This document shows, piece by piece, positions 39,258-52,118 of a DNA stretch of 64,000 nucleotides. Source of the stretch: Octopus sinensis (Eukaryota). The position numbers and the translations under genes are program-made. The first letter of the stretch is position 1. Each line of letters starts with the position of its first letter. The stretch spans positions 163,680,001 to 163,744,000 of the forward strand of contig NC_043000.1 in NCBI RefSeq assembly GCF_006345805.1, read 5' to 3'. The notes below the pieces were generated by a model. It had not been told where the DNA came from. It saw nothing but the letters and a program-made list of their open reading frames with translations, and did no database searches.

Positions 39258-41835
39258 CGTCACCTAATCGTCACGGAACTAATAGCCACTGAAACAAAAA
39301 AAAGTGATATCACTGAGCTAAATGACTTAATATACGCAGCAGCCACTGCAGCCACAAAAGAAGCTGGATACTCAATCAAACCCGTTCAAACAGGAGTACC
39401 ACCACCCAAACAAACCCTGTGGATAAATAACATCCAAAACAAAATTTAAAAAATTAGAAAAGACCTGTCGATTCTTAATGAAATCAGCAAACAATCAACG
39501 CTACTGAGCAACAAAAAGAAAACAAAAATACTCCGCAAATATAACATCACAGAGAAAGATTTGCCTGAGATAAAAGAAAAGCTGAAGCAAGATATCCTTG
39601 CCAAAGCACAAAGGATCCGCCGGTACGAGAAACGCCAACGCTTCTTTGAACAAAACAAAAAGTTCAACTCCAACCCCAAAAAGTTCTACCAAGAACTGGG
39701 CAAAAATAAAATAGAAGTCACTGCAACACCAACGGCAGAAGAATTGGAAGAATTCTGGAGAGAAATATGGTCGGCGAGCGAACAACAAAAAAAAAAGGAG
39801 TATCAAAATAACAAACTCGGCATCTGAACAACTTTGGACCCCCATAACAACTGAAGAGGTCACCCAGGCACTGCAAAGACTAAGCAACTGAAGGCACCTG
39901 GGCATGACAAGATCCCCAACTTCTGGTTGAAAATTCTAACAGGAATGCACAAAAGCTGGCTGAAAACTTTAACAACATACTAGCAGAGCCAGAGAAATGC
40001 CTGAATGGCTCATGAAGGGAAAACCATCTTAATTCCCAAATCAAATGAACAGCAAAACCAGAAAACTACAGACCAATAACCTGCCTCCCTACTATGTTCA
40101 AGGCATTTACTGCAGTGATATCGCAAAGGCTGAACAAGCACCTGGACGAAAACAAACTGTTCCCAGAAGAGCAGAAAGGATGCCGCAAAGGCTCATATGG
40201 CTGTAAAGATCAACTAATGATTAATAAAGCCGTAACTGAAGACAGCCACAGAAAGAAGAAAGGCCTCAGTATGGCCTGGATTGACTACAAAAAGGTGTTT
40301 GATAGCATCCCCCACACACTAGCCATTAACAAAGTAGCACCAACAATCATAAAATTCATAGAACACTCTATGAATAAATGGCAAACAGTCCTACACCTCC
40401 AAACAAAAGAGGGACTCATGAAAACCAAAGACATCCCCATTAGAAGAGGAATATTCCAGGGAGACACTCTCTCTCCACTCCTTTTCTGCTTGGCACTGTC
40501 ACCTCTATCTGATATGCTAAATAGAACTGGATGCGGATATAAATGGTTACGGCAAAACGATCAGCCACCTTTTATATATGGATGACCTAAAACTATACGC
40601 TGCAAATGACAAACAGCTGGAAACATTATTAAAGACAGTTCATGGATTTACCAAAGAAATAGATATGAAATTTGATTAGAAAATGCGCCAAAGTAACCAT
40701 GAAAAGAGGAAAACTAGTTAAGAGTAACAACATCACACTAGATAAAACCATGAAATAAAAGAATTAGACCTAAGCCAAACTTACAAATACTTAGGAATCC
40801 AAGAAATCATACCACATGATAACACGAAGAAGAGAAGAAGAAGAAGAAGAAGAAGAAGAAGAAGAAGAAGAAGAAAAGAAGAAGAAGAAGAAGAAGAAGA
40901 TGATGAAGAAACAACAAAAGCTATAAAACAAATGAAATCCAACTAAAATAGAACAGCAACGAACCATGATAAAACGATGGCAAGAAAACCCCTTCATGGT
41001 AAATACTGCACTAAACTAAACGCAAAAGAAATAGACAAAGAAAAATCCAGCAATGGTTGAGAAGCTCAGGACTCAAAGCAGAAACAGAGGGATTTTTAAT
41101 TGCAGCACAAGACCAAAGCCTCCCCACCAGAAATTATCAAAAACATGTAATGAAAAGAAATATTACAAGTAACTGCAGAATATGTGGAGATGGACAGAAA
41201 CAATGATCATATTATCTCTAGCTGCCCAATCCTGGCTAAGAAAAGGATATTCACAGACATGACAGAGTTGGAACCTACATACATTGGAAGCTATGCCAAC
41301 ATTATGGAATAACGACAGAAAAAAGATGGTATAAGCACACACCCAGAAGGTCCCAGAAACGAGAAAGCAACCATACTCTGGGATATGCCGATACACACAG
41401 ATAGAGAAATAAGGCCAACAGACCAGATATAGTTGTCAGAGATCATGAAGAAAAAAATGCTTTCTAATTGATGTATCAATACCGGCAGATGACAACGTGT
41501 CTCTAAAAGAAATGGAGAAACTCTCAAAATACAAAGACCTGGAAATAGAGGTAACTAGAATGTGGAATCTGAAAACAGAAACAATTCCTATCATAGTAGG
41601 TGCATTAGGCATGATAAAAAAATATTCAGACAAATACATAACAAAAACACCAGGACTTACAAACACATATAACATACAGAAAATTGCACTACTAGGCACT
41701 GCACACATCCTACGCAGAACACTTTCCATACAATAACCATCAGAGCATCACAACAAATCACAGCACATACCCAAGGCACACAGAGCTGCGCTCGGTAGTG
41801 AAGTGAAAGCACGCTATAAAAATAAAACTGCTGAA
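39256..41835 (+). mobile_element. R4/Dong-like LINE, longest copy (RT, CCHC finger and RLE), flanked by (AAT)n on both sides
   Basis: NYRPITCLPT, EEQKGCRKGSYGCKDQL, WIDYKKVFDSIPH, RRGIFQGDTLSPLLFCL, YMDDLK, YKYLG, IAAQDQSL, RPDIVV, IDVSIP..KEMEKLSKYKDL, IQKIALLGTAHILRRTLS. (AAT)n at 39150-39255 and 41836-41915. Confidence 0.92.
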
Positions 41836-41837
41836 TG

Positions 41838-41879
<42 letters not shown>

Positions 41880-41914
41880 TAATAATAATAATAATAATAA
41901 TAATGATGATAATA

Positions 41915-42470
41915 ATAATCCTTTCTACTATAGGCACAAGGCCTGGAGTTTTGTGAGGAGGGGAACAATCGATCACATCGACCCCAGTATTTCACTGGTA
42001 GTTAATTTATCAACCCTGAAAGGATGAAAGGCAAAGTCGACCTCCGCGGAATTTGAACTCAGAACGTAGTGGCAGACGAAATACTACTAAGCATTTTGCC
42101 CGGCGTGCTAACGATTCTGCCAGCTCGCCGCCTTAATAATTTGAACTCAGAGCATAACAACAGATGAAACGCCGGTAAGCATTTTGCCCAGCATCCTAAT
42201 GTTTGTGCCACCTACCCAGCTTTAAGAGTGCTAATAATGCTTTCTGATTTAGGCCCGAGTCCAACAGTTTTGAGGGGAGAGGTGAGGGGGAGATTGGTCG
42301 TTTACACCGACGCAAGAATCTGACTGGTAGTTTATTTAATCGACCCCAAAGGGATGAAAAGCAGTTTGACCATTGCGGGACTTAATACCAGAACGTAACG
42401 AACTGAAAGAAATACCGAACGGCATTTTGTCCGATAGCCTAACGATTCTGCAAGTTAGCCACCCTTAAGA
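41915..42470 (-). mobile_element. Cluster of SINE family A copies (one intact, one head fragment, one diverged)
   Basis: Repeated TTTGAACTCAG..GCATTTTG(C/T)CC..CTAACGATTCTGC motifs at about 42050-42130, 42140-42220 and 42380-42460. Confidence 0.8.
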
Positions 42471-42608
42471 GTGCTAATAATAGCAATTATTAGCAACGAA
42501 ATATAATACATTGGATCATGAAATTGGAACTTGTAACCACATTTGAACAAACGGGAAGCTTAGGTGCAGAAACCACTCGCCTACATAATACGTTCTATTT
42601 CTACTCTG

Positions 42609-42672
<64 letters not shown>

Positions 42673-43506
42673 CCTTCCACTTTGATGTTATTTCGGGAGC
42701 TTGCAAAAATTGTCGATACGACAATACTCTATTCCAATCAAAGAATACGGAAATATGGCGGTGAAACAACATTCCATTCTCGCACTTCCCTCCACAATTC
42801 CTTCAATACTATTCTCTGCCCTTCAACACTTTTCTTTTCCTTCTTTGCTTTTACTTCGATGAAGTACAACTTTGCGAATGGTTGAACTCTCCCCTTTAGC
42901 TTCCTTGGAGTGTAAAATTAATTACCTTCTACTCCTAATTACACAGAACGCAATGGCCGTTCCGATTTTTTTCTTTTTTCTCCACCTCTCTCGCTAGCGT
43001 TCTCTGTCTATCTCTCCTCCTCCTCCTCTTTATAACTCTCTCCTTCTGTCTCTCTCTCTCGCACACACACTCTTCCACTCATGCAGACAGTTCCTGTTTT
43101 CCATCATTATACTATAAAGCGCTGCTCTCCTTTACCCGACATTCTGACACACGCCACTTGTTAAAATACATCTTTTGTTCTGTAGATTTCCCCCTAGATT
43201 TTTCTCAATGGATCTTAACGTATATATCCACGCATTCACAAATACAAACATGCATATACATATATCCATATACGCGCGCACATAAACAGACACACATTAC
43301 TTTCTTGACAACATTTTTCTCCGTCATCTCTTTATGCGGAAGGGGCATTAGGTGCAATCAAAGTGTACCGGTTGACCCTTACATATGTATTAATGCTTAT
43401 GTGAATTTTTTTACGTATGCCGGTAATTTAGCATCTGTATACGCACACAAATACACACATTCATGTACGTACGTATGCATGCATGCATGTATGTATGTGT
43501 GTCTCT

Positions 43507-43573
<67 letters not shown>

Positions 43574-43668
43574 ACTATCTAGCTATCTATCCATCTATCT
43601 ATCTAAGCGCTTACCCAAATATGTGTAAATATGTGTATGTTATATATATTCGTATATGGGGATATATT

Positions 43669-43740
<72 letters not shown>

Positions 43741-43772
43741 CAGATAGACAGACAGACAGACGGACAGACAGG

Positions 43773-43840
<68 letters not shown>

Positions 43841-44162
43841 GTTAGAGAAATACACATTGTGAATAACTTCGAGGATAAGATCTGCTGCCCTTTAACTGGC
43901 GTTGCCTTAAAATACGACAACTTCCGGCACATACGGCGTCCATCTGGACCTGAAAATAGCGTCAGGAATCTTTTGGTCTCTTCACATTAAGCAGTGCCAC
44001 AATTAAAGTACCTACACCCTCCTCCCTGTCTTAAGTACTTACATGACAGACCCACATATGCATATATATACTGTGATAACTATGCAAATGGTAAGGGACA
44101 CGAGGCGCATATACCTTTCGTGAATCATCATGGGACACAGCTCTTGTAATATGTTATGGATC

Positions 44163-44780
44163 AGAAGGCGCCGAGCTGGCAGAAACGTTAGCACACCGGG
44201 CAAAATGCTTAGCGGTATTTCGTCTATCTTTGCGTTCTGGGTTCAAATTCCATCGAGGTCGATTTTACTTTTCATCCTTTCGAGATCGATAAATTAAGTA
44301 CCAGTTACGCACTGGGGTCGATGTAATCGACTTAATCCCTTCGTTTGTCCTTGTTTGTCCCCTCTATATTTAGCCCATTGTGGGCAATAAAGAAGCAAGA
44401 AACGTTAGCACGCCGGACAAAATGCTTAGCGATATTTCTTCTACCGCTACGTTCTGAGTTAAAATTCCGCCGAGGTCGACTTTGCCCTTCATCCTTTCGG
44501 GGTCGATTAAATAAGTACCAGTTACGCACTGGGGTCAATATAATCGACTTAATCCGTTTGTCTGTCCTTGCTTGTCCTCTCTGTGTTTAGCCCCTTGTGG
44601 GTGGGAAAGAAATAGGTATTTCGTCTATCATTATGTTCTGAGTTGAAAATCCGAGGTCGACTCTGCCTTTCATACCTTCAGGGTTGGTAAATTGAGTACC
44701 AGTTGCATACTACGGTCGGTCTAATCGACTGGCCCCCTCCCCAAAAATTTTGGGCCTAGTGCCTAGACTTGGAAAGAATA
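44163..44780 (+). mobile_element. Head-to-tail trimer of SINE family A (tails B, B, A)
   Basis: Unit 1 at 44166-44395 has a full head; units 2 (44400-44613) and 3 (44614-44780) have progressively shorter heads and no intervening microsatellite. Confidence 0.85.
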
Positions 44781-45991
44781 CGTTATGGATCACGCAGGTA
44801 CAAAAATTGATTATGGTAGAAACCAGGCATCGAAAGGAGAATTAAATCAATTAAGATATCTGTCTACATTCATCAGTGTAATTGTCTCCCATTTGAACAG
44901 ACACGCATACACACACACATACACACACACATACACACACACATACACACACACACGTATAGATATGGATAGATGGCCGAGTGGTCTAAGGAACCAGGTT
45001 TATGTATATACATATATACATATATGTGTGTAGATATAGATGTGCAATTACGCTTATATACACATACATACATATACATTTATTCGTACGTGTATGTGTG
45101 TGTGTGCGTGTGTGTGCATGTGTGTGTGTGTGTGTGTGATTATATATGAGAAGAATTATTAGAAAACAGGCTTTGAAAAACATGATCAAAAATACAAATC
45201 CTGTGTTAATATCAAAGACATCAATCCATTTGGTACCAGACACTAAGCACGTTATGTAGAAGAGTAAAGCGTGGACATTTGGAAATATTAATGATGAATT
45301 AAGGAATGTTCTTGTTTCCTAATTTGAAAACATGGGAAACTTATAATAAACATTTATAGCTAGTATACTATATTGTGTAGGCAAATGTTCAGTTGATCAT
45401 AAATAGATGATTGAAATACAAATATCTAAAGCAGTCTGTCGAAAACAATTTATCCAAATAGTAGTTGTTCCAATTAACAATTTTTCAATTATAATAGACA
45501 TTTATTAACGCATCAGTTTAACGGTATTCTGTTACACTTTATCGAAATGTTTGATTTTATCAAAACGTATATATTACTTTTCTGTTTTATATAGTTTTCC
45601 ATTCTCTTAGTTACTCGTCTGGTTTACCGTTCTATTTAGAGACCCTCCTCCACCTTTCTCTCTTGTTTCGGTGTGCCATACATAGTCCAGCAGATAGCTC
45701 ATGCCACCTAATTAAACAATACTATCAATAAGGCCTCAAAATTGTCATGATTTTTGGTCTGCAACTGAGGAAGGGTGAGCCTGTCCACGTACTTTGTGTG
45801 GTTTTTTCCAATCTTCGGTACGCTCCCTCGTCGAGCCTTAGTTTACTATACACAGCTGTTAATTAATAATCGTTTTCATAATCACACTTAAGGGTGGCAG
45901 ACCGATAGAATCATTATGGCGTTGGATAAAATACTACGTGGTACATCTTTCGAATACTTAAATACATACACGCATACACACACTCATACAT

Positions 45992-46049
<58 letters not shown>

Positions 46050-46151
46050 GGACAGACGGACAGACGGACAGACAATCAGACATACGTATATATATGTATA
46101 TATATATATAATATATATATATATATAATAATAAATAATTTATATATGCAG

Positions 46152-46214
<63 letters not shown>

Positions 46215-46219
46215 TATGT

Positions 46220-46510
46220 GGGGACAGGGCGTCATGAAACGTGTACAGCAACAACAATAAATACGAATCACGAGTACATGGAATGTGAACGATTCTTTCG
46301 AACAACGAAAGACACAAATAGAAAACAAAACTAACAACATAAAGAACGACGCTTCGTCAGTTGTTGGCTGTTTTTCTACTCTCGTATTTCGAGCATTTAA
46401 CAACAACATACGCATTCGATTAAACAGTTGCTACCGCAAAGCAAATTAAATAAAATTTGGGATTTTACGGAGGGTCAATATTGGTAACACAAACAGGACA
46501 GTGAAAAAAG
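46220..46510. repeat. Dispersed repeat family X, copy 3
   Basis: CTTCGTCAGTTGTTGGCTG..TCTACTCTCGTATTTCGAGCATT...GGAGGGTCAA aligns with 6890-7020. Confidence 0.6.
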
Positions 46511-47138
46511 AAACAGGAAGGGCTGCTAAGCGTAAATGAGGTTGTGGTGGCGAACGCGTAACTATACTAAGCAGTAAAGCGAGTAGCCACACATTTTACA
46601 AAATTAAGCATAAAACTACTTTAATAATTTTATCAAGTAACCAGCGTGAAATAAAAACTTTCTGGGTAACAATTTATATTAATTTTTAATTGGGGACACT
46701 TGGAGGTCTAGATTGGACACATTTTGCCCAATTTTAATCAAACTTTCAATATGGTAAAGTGGAAGCAGATTTTTAATTGGGGTTCGAAATTTTGAAAATT
46801 AGGCAAAATTTTTGAAGATGAAAAAAATTTATCATTTTTACGTATTTTTGCCTTTTAATTTTTATTGTTTACAGTTTTCATTTTCCTGAAAGAAATTTAC
46901 AGCTGCATGTAGCCCTTGTTTAGAGCTTTCATTTGCATGGTCAATCGTCGAAAAATTCCCAAAATAAGTACTAAATTTAACAAAGAAATCCTTTTTTTTT
47001 CCTTATTTTTAATCGCTCAAACAGTGGCACGTACAAAAGGCAAATGTGCTTTCCGTTCTCACTGCCCGATATTTATGATTGATCTTTCAAAATATTTTTC
47101 TTTCTCAACTTACTCAAGATCTTTTGTTTTTTATAAGT

Positions 47139-47187
<49 letters not shown>

Positions 47188-47324
47188 AAGATAGAGAGTA
47201 AGAGAAAGCGAGAGAGAGTCCGAGAGAAAGGAAGAGTAAAAGAGCGGGAAAGTGAGAAAGAAACAAAGAGGGAGAATGTGGTGATAAGAAGCAGAAAGGA
47301 AGCAACAGAAAGTAGCAACCACAC

Positions 47325-47490
47325 CCTCACTCGGCTTCTATCAGTTTCCGCCTACCAAATCCACTTACATGGCTTTGGTCGGCCCGAGGTTATAGAAGAA
47401 GACACTTGACCAAGATGCCACGCAGTTGGCTTGAACAGGAAACCATGTGGTTGGGAATCAAGCTTCTTACCACACCCCCACTCCAGCGAC
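47325..47490 (-). mobile_element. CORE-like SINE family B, 5' part
   Basis: Aligns with 57096-57254. Confidence 0.75.
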
Positions 47491-47525
<35 letters not shown>

Positions 47526-47715
47526 ATATATTGATATATATAGTGTAAACAACAGAGTTAGCGGTTATAATAACCGACTAAGGGATAAAATATCCGTATA
47601 TACTATCGGTATATGTTACTCGCGTTATGCCGGGCATTTCGTGTGCAGGCACACTATGCACGTTGAGTGCAGGTAACAACAGGATAAGCAAGGGTTTAGC
47701 AGGAAACAAATACAA

Positions 47716-48204
47716 ATAATCAGAAAATGGAGAAAACCTCAGATTAACAACCACATCGATGAGATCACATTTATAGCCCATTTTTTAAATATACAAAGCG
47801 TGACATAACAAATAGGTGACGTAACATATCCTACGGCCGTTTCCGATCCGTTGCCAAAATGCTATCTATAAATAAAAGCGAGAATAAAGTTCTTCATCTT
47901 CATAGGATGTAAAAAAACAAGAGCATACAATATAAACAAAGGGAAGAAAATATGGCCTACAAAAAATCCAGAAACCCATTATGTTAAAAGCATATAATCT
48001 ACCATCTAGGGGCTACGAGAGCTGTAGGTTAAAGAGTTATCTCACTCTTTTACCTACGGACCATTTATTTATGGACAGCATTTTGGCAATGGATCGGAAA
48101 CGGCCGTAAGATATGTTACGTCACCTACTTGCTATGTTATGCTTTATACTAAAAAATAAGCTATAAATGTGTTTGTTAATCTGAGGTTTTCTCTATTTTC
48201 TGAT

Positions 48205-48207
<3 letters not shown>
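47716..48207. mobile_element. MITE-like element with diverged ~150-bp inverted repeats
   Basis: GGTGACGTAACATATCCTACGGCCGTTTCCGATCC..TTGCCAAAATGCT (arm 47716-47877) is inverted at 48063-48207. Confidence 0.75.
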
Positions 48208-48281
<74 letters not shown>

Positions 48282-48482
48282 CATATACACACACATACAT
48301 ACACACATATATTCATAATGTCTTCACGCCTAGCAAGCAAGCAGAGTAGCATTATTCAAAAGCTAAAACTATGCAAAGCGCATTGTGACTAGCGATGTAT
48401 AGGAATATCCGATAGTCTACTCGGCTACATGTTCACGTGATATGTACTTATACATTATAAAGACATAATTATACACGAACCT

Positions 48483-48560
<78 letters not shown>

Positions 48561-48580
48561 GGATAGATAGACAGACAGAG

Positions 48581-48631
<51 letters not shown>

Positions 48632-48640
48632 CAGACAGAG

Positions 48641-48706
<66 letters not shown>

Positions 48707-49649
48707 ACAGACACACACACATACATACACACACATACATACATACATACATACATACATACATACATACATACATACATACATACATACATACATACAT
48801 GTGTACATGCACATACCAGAGCAATTATGTGAAATCGGTGCTATCATCCTTATGGCGTTTAGATTATAAAGAGTGTGATGATGTGTGTTAGATATTTGCT
48901 TTTCCCAGCAAACATCCAACGGGTATCAAGTCCGTATCGCTTGTGCAGCTCACTACACTTCTCTTTTTCTCTCTCGTGTGTATATGTGCGCGTGTACGAA
49001 TATGTGTGTGTGTGTGCGCGCGCGCATACGTGAGTATATATAATTCCCGGCGAACAAATATACATGATATACATGCATGAATGACAATGTGCGGATATAA
49101 GTGGCGATTGAACGGAAATGGTGAAGGAATGAAATTATAAAGGACTACTGACAACAACCGATGTAGTGTAAAAACTTACACCAGCCCACCCTGTCTCCAC
49201 CCTGATGTCATACACACAGCGATACACAGTGTCATTATTCGCATGTATCCAGAAAGAAAATGCATCTTTTAAAAGTCATTAGCGTAAAGAATAGCGGAAT
49301 AGTAATCCCGGATTGTGATGTCTGCTTGAGTACAAAACTCCGGATATATATATATACACAGGCAAACCTTCCTAGACTAAACGACGGATGTACTGTTATG
49401 TTCGTCACGCATGAGAACGTTTCCATACTTACACATGCACTGAGAACCTTAATCGGACTCACTCGATTGGTTCAGAGGGTTTCTACAATGCATTTATTCT
49501 AGAAAAACAAAATCTTCTGTGTGTTTTACTTTACCCTTGTGACCCAACTGCACTTAAAGAAATAGGGTTTTCATGGAATTAAGAATATATTCTGTCAAAG
49601 AAGTTAAACAAAATTCAAAAACGAATTTGCCTGAATTGCACGCATCATA

Positions 49650-49875
49650 GAATTAATAATGGTTTCAAATTTTGGTACAAGGCCAGCAAGTTCAGAGGAG
49701 GGGGTATGTCGATTTCATCGACCCCGTTGATCAACTGGTACTTATTTTATCGACCCCGAAAGGATGAAAGGCTAAGTCAACCTCGGCGAAATTTGAACCC
49801 AGAACGTAAAGACGGATGAACTGTTGCTAAGCATTTTGCCCGGCGCACTAACGATTCTGCAAGCTCGCCGCCTTT
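49650..49875 (-). mobile_element. SINE family A copy
   Basis: Same motifs; a more decayed copy follows at about 49995-50180. Confidence 0.8.
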
Positions 49876-50239
49876 GTATTAATAAATAATGAAGATAATG
49901 TTGTGACCATTTTTGTATTTTCATTGAAGGGTAGAGTAATGAGATTTAGTCGCTATTTCTAGCATGTTATACAACCATCTACTGGCTTCCGATATTGATT
50001 TTTAATTTCGGCACAAGGCCAACAATTTAGTGATGGGTGTCATTTCTGTAGTGGGGTATAACCGATTCTATCAACTTCGATACTTGAATAGTTTTTTTTT
50101 CGCCTTGAAAAGAGTGAAAGGCAAGGAGACCGAAATGGGATTTGAACTCAGAATGTCAAGAGTTGTATTTAAATACTGCATGACACTCACTCTACTGATT
50201 GTCAACCAACGATTTCTTTTTAAAATATTCCGAATGACT

Positions 50240-50550
50240 TGCTTCTATGGGCATGGACACATTAACGCCCCGACGTTTGGCAACTGACTTGGTAGACACC
50301 CATAAGATTATTCCCCATCTTTCTAATAACAGCCTCGAGTACCATTTTGAAATTCCATTCGTGGGCGCTCACAAAATAAATAAAAAACAGCACATCACTC
50401 ATGACTTTCGGAAACATTTTTTTCACCCTCAGAATTGCCAAAACATGGAATAAACTACCTGCATCAGATGTCAGCATTAGATGTCAGTTGTCATGACACT
50501 ACAACCTTCAGGACTTCCATGCTTCCCGAAATTCGCCAATGCTACATCCG
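50240..50550 (+). mobile_element. Degenerate CR1-clade LINE 3' fragment
   Basis: RRLATDLVDTHKII and RKHFF.LRIAKTWNKLP match the CR1 C-terminal RR...DL...YKI and FFS.RV...WN.LP motifs. Confidence 0.65.
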
Positions 50551-51149
50551 AGGTTTCGTTTTTATGAGTCATTCACTGTTAACTTTCTTTTGGGGCTTCA
50601 TTCTGCATACTTTACAAGCACTTTTGACTACCTTTCCTGATGAATTGTAGTGCACCAGAGCACTGTATGCAGTAAGTTTATCACCACTTAAGATTTTTTC
50701 CGATGCTCTAACGATTCTGCCAGCTAGTCGACTTGTTTCCAAAACTAAATGACTCATGCACACAAAGCCAGAAGCCATACACACGTATATATGTAAATAC
50801 ACAAAACAAATATGTAGATATATTCGCGCGCAGTTACTTCACAAATGAGCATGCACAATTATGCAAGACTTTTAATCATTTTGGTCCTCCTCTCAACTAT
50901 AATGAAAGGCATTAAAAGCATGGCTATCTAATCAGTATATTTTATTTATTAATTTATTTATCCTTAGAAATAGTGTGTCTATTCATGGTTTGAGGAGGTC
51001 TTGCCATTTCGTTGCTGTGAAATATTTTTATCAAATGTTAAGGCGGTTAATTAATTATAGCTTCAGAGTAGAGTTGCTTCCTGCAAAATCAACTTACACT
51101 CACTTCATCATACAAAAACACATGCCTCATATTTTGTGGGAAGTTATAT

Positions 51150-51506
51150 CTTATGGACCTTAAAAGGATGAATGGCAAAGTCGGAATTTCTATTCAGAAC
51201 GTAAAGTAGGAAGAAATCCCGCTAAGCATTTTGTCCGGAATACAAACGATTTTGTCAGCTCGCTGCCTTCTAATAATCCTATCTTATTTTGGCACAAGAC
51301 CAGCAATTTTTGAAGAGGTGGAGAAGTCTATTTCATCACCTGCAGTGCTTAACTGGTGCTTATTTTAATGACCCTGAAGGGTGAAAGGCAAAGTCGACCT
51401 CGGCGGAATTTGAACTCAGAACGTAAAGACAAAATTCCACTAAACATTTTGTCCGGTGTGCTAATGATTCTGCCAGCTCGTCACCTTCTAATAATAATAA
51501 TAATAT

Positions 51507-51537
<31 letters not shown>

Positions 51538-51799
51538 AAGAAGAAGAAGAAGAAGAAGAAGAAGAATGGTTTCAAATTCTGCCACAAGGACAGCCATTTT
51601 GGAGGAGGGGATTGGTCAATTACATCGACCCTAGTGTTTCACTGGTGCTTAATTTATCAACCCCGAAAGGATGAAAGTCAAAATTGACCTCAGTGGAATT
51701 TGAACTCAGAACGTAGCGACGGGCGAAATACCACTAAGTATTTTGTCCGGCTTGCTAACGATTCTGTCAACGTGCTACCTTCTAATAATAATAATAATG

Positions 51800-51865
<66 letters not shown>

Positions 51866-51990
51866 TCTACTTAAGGCACAAGGCCTGAAATTTGCGGGAG
51901 AGGACTAGTCGATTACATCGACCCCAGTGTTTCACTGGTACTTTATTTATCGACCCCAAAAGGATAAAAGGCAAAATTGACCTCGGCGCG
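51150..51990 (-). mobile_element. Array of four SINE family A copies separated by (AAT)n/(AAG)n tracts
   Basis: Copies at about 51150-51270, 51280-51490, 51565-51803 and 51862-51988, all in the same orientation. Confidence 0.85.
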
Positions 51991-52087
51991 AAATTAAAAT
52001 TTTCCTAAGCCATTGGGCGATATTTGACAGCGGAATTTTCGAAAATCCGAAATCAGATCATCAATAGCTTACCACTACCGACACAAA

Positions 52088-52118
52088 CTGAGCTGGACGA
52101 AAGCCGGGCTACCCTAGT
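52088..52118 (+). mobile_element. Possible Helitron 3' terminus
   Basis: GC-rich hairpin GCTGGACGAAAGCCGGGC followed within a few bases by CTAG|T, the canonical Helitron end geometry. The 5' end was not identified. Confidence 0.35.

Noticed and set aside
43860-43960. Minus-strand candidate exon [15 protein letters not shown] after TTTTCAG
   Set aside because: No convincing donor site and no recognisable homology.
44972-44995. TGGCCGAGTGGTCTAAGG, a tRNA D-arm/A-box-like motif
   Set aside because: No anticodon arm, T arm or acceptor stem follows; it is an isolated fragment.
51150-51990. Regularly spaced repeats considered as a CRISPR-like array
   Set aside because: Units are ~200-nt SINEs separated by microsatellites in eukaryotic DNA; no unique spacers and no cas genes.
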